Source: Camelus dromedarius (Eukaryota). From it: a stretch of 64,000 bases of DNA. The notes beneath the pieces were generated by a model. That model worked only from the letters and a program-made list of their open reading frames with translations, was not told where the DNA came from and ran no database searches. The translations under genes and the position numbers were made by a program. This document shows, piece after piece, positions 26,140 through 39,318 of the stretch. Each line of letters begins with the position of its first letter. The first letter of the stretch is position 1. Location: the NCBI RefSeq assembly GCF_036321535.1, contig NC_087436.1:107510001-107574000 (forward strand), in the 5' to 3' direction.

Positions 26140-26430
26140 TGTCAAGCCCATTCTGGCTGCTATAACAAGATACTATAAGCTGAGTGGCTTATAAACAAGG
26201 GACATTTATTTCTCACAGTTCTGGAGGCTGGGAAGTGCTAAGTCAAGGCTCTGGCAGATTTGGTGTCTGGTGAGGGCCCACCTAGTTGGCAGTGTTTTTG
26301 CTGCAACCTCATTTACATGGTGGAAGGGGTGGGGAGGCGGGGCTCTCTGGGGTCTCTTTTACAGGGGCATTAACCTCATCCATTAAGTCTCTGCTCTCAT
26401 GACCTGATCACTTCCCAAAGGCCCCACACA
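26140..26430 (-). mobile_element. MLT1A-like MaLR LTR
   Basis: ggctgctataacaa..tggcttataaacaa..atttatttctcacagttctggaggctgggaagt...ggcagatttggtgtctggtgagggcc. Confidence 0.85.
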
Positions 26431-27953
26431 CATCTTCTGTGTGGAATATAAAATCTGAGTTCTGATCAATGAAATACCTATTTAGTCATGATAATCGGAG
26501 CATAGACTTTATACCGTGTTTAATGATCATTTCCTTTGTTTAAAGAATTGCAAGGTACCAGGGGGTTCAGTTTTATGTAGAAGAACCTGACTATTTGGGG
26601 AGTGGGGAGTGGAATTCCACCACTAGTTAATGGAAGAATGCCTGACATATTAGGACGAGAGCGAGACATGAAGAAGGCAGAACAGGATTTGCTGGCAGGT
26701 GTGACGTTTACGTGCACAGGATTCAGTGGCTGCACCTCCAGAGACGAGAATTTCTGATCAGCCTCTGTCGGCCTGTGTGAAGCGGCGTGGATGGTGTGGG
26801 AAGCCCGTGTCAGTGGGACATCAGGAGGGCTGGGTTTCCAGTCAGTGACTGACGGGCACTGTGATGAGCAGAGGGCCAGTTTCATCAGGACGTTCTTGTG
26901 AAATTGCCAGGAAACTGTCCAGAAACCAACCCCAACGTTGCAGCTTGTCTATTTTGACAAACTGAGCTGCGAGAAAAAATAGCATGTGGCAGAGCAGGCC
27001 GAACAGCAAGCAGCTCATTTTCATTAGCCGGTGGTCAGTAGAATTGAACCCGCCTCCCCAACTCGATGGGAGGAAACGCGTGTGGACCTGTGCTCACGGC
27101 AGTAAGGCTTCCTCTGGGTCCTTTTCTTAAGCACAAGTAGGCAAGTTGGATGCTTGAGAAAGTGAACTGAGGATTTTTCTCTTCAGTAATTCAGGTTGCT
27201 TCTCACGGACTAGAATGCCCGTGATGGGGCAGCAGTTATAAAAGACCCCAGAGACGTGTCCCCTCATGTTGTGGTAACAGGCGCCCCACTGGTCCAGGAT
27301 CTACTTTCAGGAGGGCCTTGTAATTCTCAGCTAAAGTAAGTGAGCTACGAAAGGACCCTGTGAGGTACCTGCTACCTCGGGCTTGTATTGCGCTGCTCTG
27401 CGTTTCTCTGTTGTTTTACCAACTTGGTGTATCCCTAAGCCGAATAATTATGAGAATAATGATGGATAATTAAGAGGATTGGCTCCACAAGCTCACACGT
27501 GGAAGGGGCAATGTTTCCCCTGTTCAGGAAGGACTCCCAGGAGAAGGGAAGCTGGAAGCAGTTTCTGTTCAGAGTCTGACCTGAGGCTCTCTGAGAAATG
27601 ACCAGAGCCCACTCAGGCCTTCAGTGGGCGAGGTTGTGAGTGAGTCCTGACACACGGGCCCACCCTGGGTGTCTAGCAGAGCTGAAGTGTGGGCCAGGAA
27701 TGTGGAAAGTGAGCCCCTGTTGTGCTTCTAAGCGCTCTTGTGGCTGATGGTCAGCTCTCTACAGAGGTCAGCTGGACACTTGGCATGGGGCAACTTGAGA
27801 GTCCTCAGCTGAGCCCAGGTGCCCAGAGGACAGCAGCCTCTTCGCAGGTGGCCCCAATCCCCGCTGATGGAGGGACCTGACTGTGGTGCTCACTGCTGCC
27901 CCCAGTGGTGGTGTGCTAACATGGAAGGGCTGCACACGGGAAGAATGAGAACA

Positions 27954-28759
27954 CAGTCATCCTGCCACCCTGTCCACGGTTTCATTTACCCATGGTCAGC
28001 GGCAGTCGGAAAATATTAAATGGAATATTCCAGAAGTGAAAAATTGATACATTTAAAATTACACACCATTCTGAATAGTGTGAGGGAATCTGACGTCAGC
28101 CCAGCCAGGACATGAGTCAGCCCTTTGTCCAGCGTATTCTGCCTGTTAGTCACTTAGTAGCCAAGCCAGTTATCAGATCGACTGTCCACGGAGTGAAGTG
28201 CTTGTGTTCAAGTCACCCTCATTTTACTTGATTATGGCCCCAAAGCACCACACAAGATGCCGGCAATTCAGATATGCTAAAGAGAAGCTGTGTGAGGTGC
28301 CTCCTTTAATAAAAAGGTGAAAGTTCTTAATAAGGATAGAAAAAAATTGTGTGCTGAGGTTGCTAAGACCCATGGTATGAATGAATCTTCTCTCCGTGAA
28401 ATTGCGAAAAATGAAAAAATCCGTGCTAGTTTTGCTGTCGTACCTCGGACTGCAAAAGTTATGGCCACGGTGGGTGATAAGTGCTTAGTTAAGATGGAAA
28501 AGGCATTACATTTGTACAATAAGATATTTTGAGAGAGACCAATTTTATATAACTTTTATTACAGTATATTGTTACAATTGTTCTGTTTAGTTAGTTACTG
28601 TTGATGGTCTCTTACTGTGCCTCATTTATAGATTACACTTTATCATAGGTACATATGTATGGGAAAAAAACAGTATGTATAGGGTTTGGTACTATTTTCC
28701 ATTTCAGGCATCCACTGGGGATCTTGGAATATATCCCTGGTGGATAAAGGGGGCTGCTG
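27954..28759 (+). mobile_element. MER44 (Tigger7-derived) DNA transposon with remnant of transposase N-terminus
   Basis: atggccccaaagc start and ORF 28317..28532 (AEVAKTHGMNESSLREIAKNEK..RASFAV) resemble Tigger helix-turn-helix region; end gcatccactgggg..ttggaa..ggataaagggggctgctg. Confidence 0.85.
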
Positions 28760-28988
28760 TCAGTTGTGACCACTATCAGATGCCATTGCATAGGGGGCTG
28801 GTGGATCTTTGCTTTGAGCTATAAAGTGAATTATCATGTTGTTGTTATATAGAAAACCTAGCTGTAGAAGCTCAGGGAAGAAAAAATAAGAACAACCAAG
28901 TGCCATGAATTTTTGAGTGTGTATTTTTGAAAATGGTTTAAAAAATTCAATTTCATTATGCCTGTCACAAATAGTCTGATTTTTTTTT

Positions 28989-29065
28989 CCAGTTGGTCAT
29001 TGATGTTTTATTATTTTTTATCGATGTATAGTCAGTTATAATGTATCTATAGTCAGTTACACTGT
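28989..29065 (-). mobile_element. Very short L1 3' end with extra sequence before the tail
   Basis: ttttttatcgatgtatagtcagtta = L1 terminus; TSD gtctgatttttttt at 28974 and 29066. Confidence 0.7.
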
Positions 29066-29199
29066 GTCTGATTTTTTTTGATAAGTAAAAGTGTAGCAAA
29101 CTAAGGAAGAGATTGTAGAAATAATCTATAAGATTGTAGCTTAGTCATAACTTTGAATTGGAATAATACTAGGATACATATCTTTTTTGACATATCTTT

Positions 29200-29390
29200 A
29201 TTTTACTTTTTTTAATTGAAGTATAGTCAGTTTACAGTGTGTTAATTTCTGGTGTACAGCATGGTGATTCAGTTGTACGCATATATATTCATTTTTATAT
29301 TCTTTTTCATTAAAGAATGGCTATTAAAGAAGGCAATTAGAAGGTACTGAATATAGTTCCCTGTGCTGTACAGTAGGACCTTGTTGTTTC
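29200..29390 (-). mobile_element. 5'-truncated L1 3' end
   Basis: ttaattgaagtatagtcagtttaca...atatagttccctgtgctgtacagtaggaccttgttgttt. Confidence 0.85.
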
Positions 29391-29617
29391 ATACCTGTAT
29401 TCTTTCCATATTGACCAAAACAAGTGACTTTGGAACCAGATTTCTTGATTTTGAATTCTTGCTCTGCCACTTAACTGCTGGGGTGATTTTGGCTTAACCT
29501 TTTGGCTCCAGTCTCCCATTATTACTGTGTTGTTTTCTATATAGCAGGTAAGTGCAGTATACCTAAATATTTCTTACAGTGTTGACATGCAGATAACTTT
29601 TATTTAATTTTTAACAG

Positions 29618-29689
29618 GGACCTCCGAAACAATCTTATTAGTAGTATAGATCCAGGTGCCTTTTGGGGACTGTCATCACTAAAAAGATT
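29618..29689 (+). CDS. ADGRA3: ADGRA3 exon 3 (72 nt, LRR: DLRNNLISSIDPGAFWGLSSLKRL)
   Basis: ttaacag acceptor, GTAAGT donor, 72 nt phase 2-2. Confidence 0.96.
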
Positions 29690-30088
29690 GTAAGTATTTG
29701 AATTCCTGGCTTATGAGTTTGCACTATTCCTTTTATGAGCAACTGTTAACCTACTTTAAAATTTAACACGATAAAAAATTGGCTTTCTAATAACTATCAG
29801 AAGTTTATCTAGCCAGGTCCATGGTAGAAAAATAGAATATTTAATATAAATGGCTTAGAAGGCAGTTTATTGTAGAGTAATTTGATTTGCTTAGTAGTAG
29901 ATGGTTGCAACCCTCTTATGTTAATAACATCAGTACTGTTGGCTTTGCCAGCTGTCATAATCTATAGATGATTTCCAAGTTATGAATACGTTCACACTAT
30001 GTATTATAAATACCCTAAAAATTGAGGCCCCTTTCTATGAATGATTTAAAATCTTGCCATTTTCCTGTCTTATCTGTGTATTTAAACA

Positions 30089-30430
30089 ATTTTTTTTTCA
30101 TTTTTCATTTTTTCTTTTTTTTTTTTTAATTGAAGTATAGTCAGTTGACAATGTTGTGTCACTTTCTGGTGTACAACATTAATGTTTCAGTCATACATGT
30201 ACATATATATATTCCTTTTCATATTCTTCATTATAGGTTGCTACAAGATATTTTATACAGTTCCCTGTGCTATATAGAATAAACTTGTTGTTTATCTATT
30301 ATGTATGTATTAGTATCTGCAAATCTTGAGTTCCCAATTTATCCCTTCCCACATCTTCCCCTCCTCTGGTAACTATAAGTTTGTTTTCTATGTCTGTGAG
30401 TCTGTTTCTGTTTTATAAGTAAGTTTGATT

Positions 30431-30498
<68 letters not shown>

Positions 30499-30863
30499 TT
30501 TCTTTCTTTCTTTTTCTTTCTTTTTCTTTCTTTCTTTTTCTTTCTTCCTTCCTTCCTTCCTTCCTTTCCTTTCTTTCCTTTCTTTCTTTCTTTCCTTTCT
30601 TTTCTTTCTTTCCATTCCGCATGTAAGTGATATCATGTGGTATTTTTCTTTCTCTTTTTGGCTTACTTCACTTAGAATGACATTTTTCAAGTCCATCCAT
30701 GTTGCAGCAAATGACATTATTTTATTCTTTTTATGGCTAAGTAGTATTCCATTGTATAAATATATCACAACTTCTTTATCCAGTCAGCTGTCGATGGACA
30801 TTTAGGTTGTTTCCATGTCTTGGCTATTGTATATAACGCTGCTATGAACATTGGGGTGCATGT
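30089..30863 (-). mobile_element. 5'-truncated L1 (3' UTR plus ORF2 end) carrying an internal microsatellite
   Basis: T tail + aattgaagtatagtcagttgaca; ORF 30388..30768 includes KNKIMSFAATWMDLKNVILSEVSQKEKEKYHMISL typical of L1 3' region. Confidence 0.92.
30429..30612. repeat. (TTTC)n/(TTCC)n compound polypyrimidine microsatellite, about 180 bp
   Basis: Direct reading; pyrimidine-only on + strand. Confidence 0.95.
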
Positions 30864-31855
30864 CTATCTATTATTTCAAAACTTAAAAGCCCAGTTTTTA
30901 TGACCTCTGAAGCTAAACAGCCCTGCTCCCCTTACTGTGCTCTTGTCATGGGTGCCGTGAGGGAATGCTCCTATCTGAGAGGGAACCGTATGCTCAGGCC
31001 ATGTGGACTGTGACACCACCTTTTACTCCTTCTAAATGTATTTATTAAGTGCTGGCTGCTTACTATACTCTGGCTTCTCTGGAAGAGCTCAGACTCTTGG
31101 GAGCAAATAGATAGTGAAAATGCACCCAATAATAATGATAGGAATCCACCAGGAGAGGAAGGACCACCTGAGAGGGGATGGCTTGCCATGAGAGCAACCA
31201 GTCTTTAGATTGGACCTTGCTCCTGAGAGGTGAATACATACTGAAGAATAACAGAGCGTTCTAAGCAGAGTGGAGTAGGTATGAAAGAACAGGTCTCGTG
31301 GGACAGTAGTTTAGGTCTTTGGCCAGAGCGTCAAGTAGAAAGTGGGAGAAGAATGTTGGGAGATAAGGCCGGTCAGGGAAGAACTAGGCTTTTGATCACT
31401 TCCTGCCACGTTGAAGAATTCCGAATCTGTTCTTTAGTCAAGGAGGGGACTGGCAGAACTTCTTCAGTGTAGAGTTGATGTGATCAAACTTGTGGCATCA
31501 GAGTTGCAGTGGATCAAGCTGGGTTTAGGATTCATTAAAGGTAGTAGCAACATAATCGAACTGAGAAGACAGAGATCAGCATCATTTCAGCTACACAAAA
31601 ATTCAGGATGTCTCAGGGACACTGCAGACTGTCTTAGGTTCTCCATCTAGTTCTTTATCATTCAGTAAATAATTTTTTGAGTACTGCTATCCAAAATAAA
31701 TAAATCAATAAATATTTTGTTCAGTAGCACTTAATGTAATTACTGCTATGGTCCCAGATGTTGCCTTAGCATTTTTTTCATTGCATTAGTCTCCTGTGTT
31801 CTTGCCAAGGAAGGTAATTGTCATTTATAATGTTCTTCCCACTAGAAAATTCATT

Positions 31856-32165
31856 TTTTTTTCTTTTTTGGTTTACACAGATTTTTTAAAAATTATTTTT
31901 AATTTTTTTATTTTTATTTTTAACATTTTTTATTGAATTATAGTCATTTTACAGTGTTGTGTCAAATTCCAGTGTAGAGCACAATTTTTCAGTTATATAT
32001 GAACATACATACATTCATTGTCACATTTTTTTTCACAGTGAGCTACCACAAGATCTTGTACATATTTCCCTGTGCTATACAGTATAATCTTGTTTATCTA
32101 TTCTGCATATGCCTGTCAGTATCTACAAATTTTGAAATCCCAGTCTGTCCCTACCCCCACCCCCC
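31856..32165 (-). mobile_element. Young camelid-type L1 3' end
   Basis: aacattttttattgaattatagtcattttacagtgttgtgtcaaattccagtgtagagc; perfect TSD gaaaattcatt at 31845-31855 and 32166-32176. Confidence 0.9.
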
Positions 32166-34467
32166 GAAAATTCATTCTTAATTCCAAATGGCTAACTTGT
32201 AATTGAACTTACGGTATGCTTGCAAGCTGAGAGGGTCCTATATGTAAACTCAGTGAGATATAAAGATACTTTGTGGGAGTAATGTTTGCTAATTGTTTCT
32301 GGATACAGGCACTTTTTCTTACGAGGCCTTAAATCATTCATTTCAATTGTTCGTCTCACTCAACAGCCACACGTAAAGTGTTTTTGTGAGCATACCATGC
32401 CTTTGCCTTTATTTTATAGATAATTTGAATCAGGAAGATTAAGTGGCTTTCTGAAGAATAAAGTACCAGAAGTAGGTAAAACCTAGACCCATTTAGTTTC
32501 TCTTTTGCTTTATCAACAAATTCAAGCTGATTCTCAATTCAAATGAAAACCCATTATCAATACCTAAATACCATTTTAAATAGGTATAGCTGTAATGAAA
32601 TTGTTTCCCAAAGAACCAATGATAATTATACCATTTAAAGCTCAGAACTGAGACAAGATAATGAATAGAGACCAGAAATGCTTGTTTAAGCAGCACTTCA
32701 CAAGATGATGCCTAATTTTCTTAAACAGTAAAACCCAGAAATAGAAGGAAAATCAGCTGGAATAGAAAAAAAAAGTCCTGCACGATTAAATACTTAGCTT
32801 TAATATTCTGAGGAGCTGGTGCTGGAGCACAGAGAGTGCAGATAAAGACTTGTATAGCTTAAGATTTTTTTTTTTAATCTAAAGTTGCTGTAAGAAAGGG
32901 AAGGCAAAGCTGTGAAATTTTTGCACACCAGGATTACCTAAACTAGCTTTTGAAATAGCTCAAGGAAATACTTGATGAGTAGGTGCCAGATTCAAATGTG
33001 GACTCTTGGTAATTTCTATCAGACTAATTTTTTTTTTTTTTTTTTTTTTTTACCATTACCAAATGTACAATTTAGAATCCGACAGTCTTTTTAGAAATGA
33101 ATGGTACAAATCTGTTCTCTAAAGAGTGACTCGGAGTGAAATTCAAGAATATGTGCTTCTCCACAAAGCTGTTTTTGTTTGATGTTTTGAGTTTATTATA
33201 ACTGTATGAGTTTAAATGATATCTGTTCAATGTTTCAGAATTAACATGCTGCTTTTGGTACTTCTGTTTGGAATAAAGTTTTTTTTTGAAGTCCAAAAAA
33301 AAAAATGTGCTTCTCTAGTACAGAAAATAATTTGGAAGTTAAAGAATATGTGATAAAAATATTAAAGTTTGGTTTAGAAAGCTTGTTCTGATTCTTGTGT
33401 TGAAATTCAAAGTGATCAATAATTACAAATCTAACAACTGAGAAAAATTAAGATTCATTGTTTTAGGGCTTTCTTCCGTATAGTTTACCAAATCCACTCT
33501 TGAAAAATGATGGAAGCCGTGCTCTCTCACTTGAAGGTTACAGAAATTGTCAATTATCTCCCGATTAAAATGTGGTCCTCATGATGGAAATGTAACACTG
33601 TGCTTGGTGTGAAGAAAAATAGTGTGTGTGTTGGCATGTGTGTGTTCAGACACAGACCTTCAGCCTTGGTGCCCAGGGAGGAGCAAGCCACCAGCCCCTG
33701 TTTCTGAAGTGAAGCCCGCCCCCACTGTGCCAGTGAAAACTAGTGTAGAAAGGTAGAACAAAACACGTACTAAACTTATCACATAGATAAAAGGGGAAAA
33801 GTTGCATGAATTGAGGAGAAGAAAAAATTTCTTAGGAATTATAAGAAGTTAGGAGTGATTGGGGAAAATGGGCCATTACCTAGATATTGTTATAAAGTAA
33901 TTTGGCTTGGAGACTAGATGACAGATCTGTAAAGTAAAAGCTAACTCAGCTGTTTTTTCATTACAGTCAAAACTTCTGAGTATTTAGGAGTGAAGTTAGG
34001 AAGCATTAAATTTCAGATGTTCTTGAGGAAATAAAAGTTGCAGCATTTTGATAACTTGCCCTTTTACCCATTGTCTGTGGGATGTTGGCTGAGATCAGGA
34101 TCTGTTTGCTAACTTCCCCAGCGTGACTAACTGTGTAGACCATCTAAGGAATTTTATCACAGACAGTAAGATAGATAGAGTCTTGTTTTTACTACCCTGG
34201 TTTTATGTTGAGTCACTTTACAGGAGTAAATGCTTGAAATATAGAGGGCCCTGTCATTAAACCGCATTTAGTCTGTATGAGCCAGAGGCAAGTGAAAGCA
34301 AGGATTATTTCTTTTCTCAGTGATGCACTTGAAGTAGGTGAATATTTCAGAGATGCTTAAAAAAAAGGGTCTTGTATGATACCTGGGTGCCATTCTTGAA
34401 TGTTGAACATATGAAACCTTCGTCAATGAAGAGCACTAATTGAAGATACTTTTCCCTTTCTCCTTAG

Positions 34468-34539
34468 GGATCTGACAAACAATCGAATAGGGTGTCTGAA
34501 TGCAGACATATTCCGAGGACTCACCAATCTGGTTAGGCT
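34468..34539 (+). CDS. ADGRA3: ADGRA3 exon 4 (72 nt, LRR: DLTNNRIGCLNADIFRGLTNLVRL)
   Basis: ctccttag acceptor, GTAAGT donor, 72 nt phase 2-2. Confidence 0.96.
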
Positions 34540-37500
34540 GTAAGTACCTCTTTCTTTCGTATTATAAAGAAGCATTTGGACGAGTATCCAAGTACTTATG
34601 AACACCTATGTGTTCAGTATTTAAGTAGCAACTGTAGAGATGATAGAAGTGGTAGGGGATAAGGAGCTGGCAATTTAAGCATGGAGATACAGTGTCATGA
34701 GAACATAATATTGCATTACATCCCCTACCCCAGAACACATGCATACTCATGCAGTGCCCTAGAGAACATGTCCATATTGAGAGACATGATCAGAAGCTTT
34801 GCCAGTTTGGGAAAACATCTTGGAAGAGGTGATACTTGAGCTGATGGTCCAGAAGATTGCAAAGATTTAGGTCATTAGAAAGGAAGAGATATTGAGCAGA
34901 TGATGCGTGGAGGTAGACATAAGAGCGAGGCCAGTTTCGAGGGGAAAGCCAGTAGTCTTATGAGTAAGATGACGTAGAGGAGAGCAATTTGGAAATAGGA
35001 TGCAGGTTGAAATGCAGGATTTAGGGGCAGAAGGTCTAGTATAGAGATCATCTATGCCTGGTTCTTTATCTTTGTAGCTTTTTAGAATGTTTCTTCTGTT
35101 TCGTTTAAGTTAACTTTGAAAAAGCTACAGGGGCTTAAATTGTGAGATTATTTCCTCTGTACAGGAAGGGAGGGACTCCAAATCACCTGGCAGAACAGGG
35201 CAAAGTACTCCTGCTTCTTAGCGCACTTGTATTTTTCAGTGTGCCCTTTAACTTGGGGGGAAAGATAGATGGCCACATTTATGTTTTTAAACAAAAGATT
35301 GACTTGGTATATAGCTTTACTCATAACTGGAAATTAATTAAAATCAGTTGCATTTTTCTTTTTTATAACTGGATTGCAAACAATTTTATTTCAGTGCTTT
35401 TATTGAGACTTCTGTATTTTTGGTTTTGAGGGATGCATAAGAATTGGCAAAATGGGGCATTTGTGAAGGAAAAAAATTGTTACATTTTTGGATAGCTATG
35501 AATCAAGTAAAGAAAAATAGAGCCTGGAGTCTACCATCTTCCTGACTTTAGTTCCAGTGGATTTATAGCTTTGGCCTAGGGATTTTTGACCCAATAGCAG
35601 ATGTTCTTTAGGAAAAGAGTTGTGTGGGCCAGTGCTTACAATAAGGCAAGTTACTATTTTCTTAGGTTTTTTTTTTTTTTTTTTTTTTTTGCCTCCTGCC
35701 TCTAAAGCTAACATTTTTGGAAGTTTTAGAGCTTGAATTGTCTCCTCCTACGTTTTTACCAATTCTCTGATACCTGTTGTGAGACTTTACAGGTCATGGA
35801 ACACAATGGATATATATCCAGGTGAATCATTGAAACACAAAGAGCACTACCAGGTTTCCTACTTTGAGATTTGAGATGGTTTCGTAACCCATGTAATAAT
35901 AGATGATTGTGACTTTTTTTTAATGCAACAGTCTATGGCGTATACAGAACTACACCTGACGTATATGTATTCTTTAAATACTGATCTAAGAAAAGTTGAC
36001 AGTTAAGGTAGCCTCTTAACATTCAGGAATGCACTGCAATTGAGTTGCTTTTGATAATTTGGGTTGACATAGTTCTGGAGTTGTGGCTCAGGAAACTTTG
36101 GGTAGGTGTTCTGTGTGGGCTTCTGCAGTCCCCAGATTTCTGGGCTCCCTGAGCCAGGCTGTATGCTGATTCTGAAGACTGGTAGCCATTTGTATTTCAG
36201 ACACAGAGAAGAGCATTTTCACAATCTAACGAGTGGAAAAGAGAATCTGATTAGTAGTGGGACATGCAGTACATTTCTTAGATTAGAACTCAGAGAGCTC
36301 CCAATTCTAATTCCCACCCAAAATAGTGTGTGTTTAGAGGGGATAGCTCCTTCCTCTGCCAGCTCTTTAGCTGAACTCCCTGGGTTACCCTGGAACTTGG
36401 GATCTTGGACTGACTTGGTCTCTTAGCCACGGAGGCTGGAATCGAGTCTCCCCACCTCCCTGCCCCCACCCTGGGCCTGCACCTTGCAGACAACCTGTGG
36501 CGTTTGCAACCAGACTTCTCATCATCTTGAAACAAGTCTTGGCTTTGGAGGCTTAGTGTCAGAATTCAAAAATAACATCAAAAATATGTCAGAGGAGGCA
36601 GTGTGTGGTGGGTAAAATTGATTAACGCCGTGTATTGATCTCTGCCTTTATTGATGGGAAAGTTCTGCAAAGTGAAGCCGTACTTCCAGAGGCCCCCACC
36701 CCAAACCACCCTAACTCCAGAAGTAACTGGTGGAGCAGAGATGAGGACCAGTCGTGGGCTTCAGTGAAGTCTCTGTCCTACACTTAGGACGTTAATTTAC
36801 CCAGAAACTGTCAGGAGGTCAAGAAACCAAAGCTTTCCCTTTTTTTTCCTTTATGAATTTTGATCAGTTATAACCCTATATTTTTCCCCTAGGAATAATA
36901 CCTTTAATATTTTTCTATCAGAAATAATAGTTGAGTGATGTTTATAAGAACCTCCTTTTTACAATTAAAAACTGTTTGTGCTATTAAGTAATAAAACCAT
37001 ATAGAGAGATGAAGGGAAAGCTAAATCTCCCTTTCATCACTTCAGACACATCCTTCTGAGACAGCAGGTACTAATTCTGCCTGGTGTAAATTCTCAGATG
37101 TTCTATTACCTCCACAAATGTAAAGGCATCCACTCGGGGCCTTAAAAATGTGCTCTACTCAACAATTTACTTAAAAAATACCGACATGCCATTAATACCT
37201 TTTCAAGAGAATACATAACGATTTAGTTCATGCTTGTAAATAGCTACAGAATATTCAAAGTCTAGAACAGGTCATAATTGAGTCAATTATTCACTCTCTT
37301 GAAGGAGATAGTTTGATTCATTTCCCCTCTTTTAACACATTTGCCCTGGAAAACACCCCTTGTGTACACAGATGCTTCACAGCGCACATTTAACTCACAG
37401 GAATACAGATATGTCTGTTTAGCAAAAAGTAAGTAAAGGAAGAGAAACTGAGAGAGTAAGAAACACCATGAGTGGGAGTGGGTGGCTGATTCACCGGCCA

Positions 37501-39250
37501 CGGCATTCAGTGAACCGTGTCAGGACATGAGAGCAGGGACTTGGCTGTGTCTGTAGTCACGCTCAGTTCCTCTGTGCTTTTTCTGTGTAAGCATCTCAAA
37601 ATTGGAATGTGATTTTAATGTTTTAAAATATGTGTAAGTTTTTATGGCCATCAGCCGAAGCCAATTACTTCGTTTGGTATTCAGCCAAACAAGTAGCAAT
37701 GTGTTCCAGCGCTGGAAGAGAAGTTGGCCTGTGTTGGGACTTACGGGGAGGAAGGCACGGCTGTCTCCAGTGTGATTTCTTCTGTGATTTCCAAGGGGAA
37801 GAAAATAATAATGCCTAATAATGAAAATAAAGTTACCTAATAATTAGAATCGAATGGTCCTTGTAAGATGCAGTTATTTTGTTTATATAATCCTAAATAT
37901 GTAGGATAGATTTTTATTTACAACTTATTATTTACAGACTCTTTCAAACATCTAAAAAATAAGTTAGAGATACGTGTATTTAAGGAATCTCCATGTAGCC
38001 ATCACTTAGTTTCAACACTTAGCAGTCATAGCTGGTCTTGTTTTAGTTATACCCCACATCTCTTGTCTTCCTGCCTACATTATTTTAAACAAATCCCGGT
38101 AATCATATAATTCCACATAGGATAGCTTCTTACAAGTACGGTTGTTCATTTTAATTGTGTCTTGGTTACTTTCTTACAGTGTTACTATGGTTTACACTCC
38201 ATCAGCAGTACCCTTTTCAAAATCCACATTCAGGTTTCATTCTGATAGGCCAAAAAAGAAAAGGGCATTGCTTTCACGGTTGTTTTAATTTGCAAAGTGT
38301 TCCTTTTGTTTATTAAGTTCCTAGGCAATTCTTTCATGAAGTTCATAATTATTTTTTGCACCCTTTTTGCACTCTATCAAAAAAAAAAATCCCAAGACAG
38401 ATAAAAATGAATCCAGAGATGTCCTTTCTGAAGTTCATTATATATTAATTTGTGAGGAATTGGTAGTTGTGTAGTAAGTCTTCCCACCAAGGAATATGTT
38501 GCTCCAGGTGTCAGAGGAACAGCTGACTGACCTCTCCCAGATCAGTTCTCCTCCTCTCTGCACCGGGGAGTCCATCCACCTGCCTGTCGCTTTCTTCCGC
38601 ACTTTGAAGGATTTTGCTCCAGCTCTGGAGGAGAGGCAGGCCTCCTTGCAGGTCTCAGGACTTCTTCCTTGAGAATTCTAGGTCCAAATGATATCTATTT
38701 TTGATCCTACAACAGACACAGTGGTGCTTGGATCATGCTGCCGTCTTCCGGGAGCCCTTGGCCCTGTTTTAGTGTGAGAAGCTATAAAGGTGGAGTCCAC
38801 ATCCTGAATAATCAGCTACAATGATTGAGAACCTACTGTATACCCCAGCTTGTTATTAGCTACCAGAGGTACCCCAGTAAATAAGACACACAAGTGCCTC
38901 TCCTCCTGGAGCTTATAGTCAGGCATGGAAGAAAATCACAAAAAATGATTTGATCATATCACAGTGGGTGTGACAGACTACTCAAATGGTAGTGTAGTGT
39001 TCAGGGTTTAACTCATACAAAACTCTGCATGGGTTTAGATATTGATTAAAGCCATGATACAAGGGGAAATGAGAGAAGGTAAGTAATTTGCCCAAGGCCA
39101 ACGCTGAATTATATCCCAAGTCTTTGATTTTAAATGCTGGACTCATTTCACTGCCTACATATCTTATCGGGTTACTGTTGGGTGCTGCTGGTCATTCAGA
39201 CCATCCTTTTCCTTGTTTTTTAATTTTTGCTTTCTTAAGTGATGGAGTGA

Positions 39251-39318
39251 CACTGGAATTTGACACAACATTGTAAAATGACTGTTACTCAATAAAAAAA
39301 AGTTAAAAAAATAAAAAT
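39251..39318 (+). mobile_element. 68-bp L1 3' terminus, same subfamily as 31856-32165, sense to ADGRA3
   Basis: cactggaatttgacacaacattgtaaaatgact is the reverse complement of about 31941-31973; TSD aagtgatggagtga (39237-39250) / aaatgatgcagtga (39319-39332). Confidence 0.85.

Noticed and set aside
27278..27296. Possible CTCF site (caggcgccccactggtcca)
   Set aside because: Spacing does not fit the core CCASYAGRKGGC motif without a gap
28317..28532. Transposase-like ORF suggesting a domesticated Tigger gene
   Set aside because: Frameshifted N-terminal remnant inside non-autonomous MER44; no DDE domain
30388..30805. K/E/R-rich and F/L/S-rich ORFs of 69-126 aa
   Set aside because: Translations of the (TTTC)n tract plus dead L1 sequence
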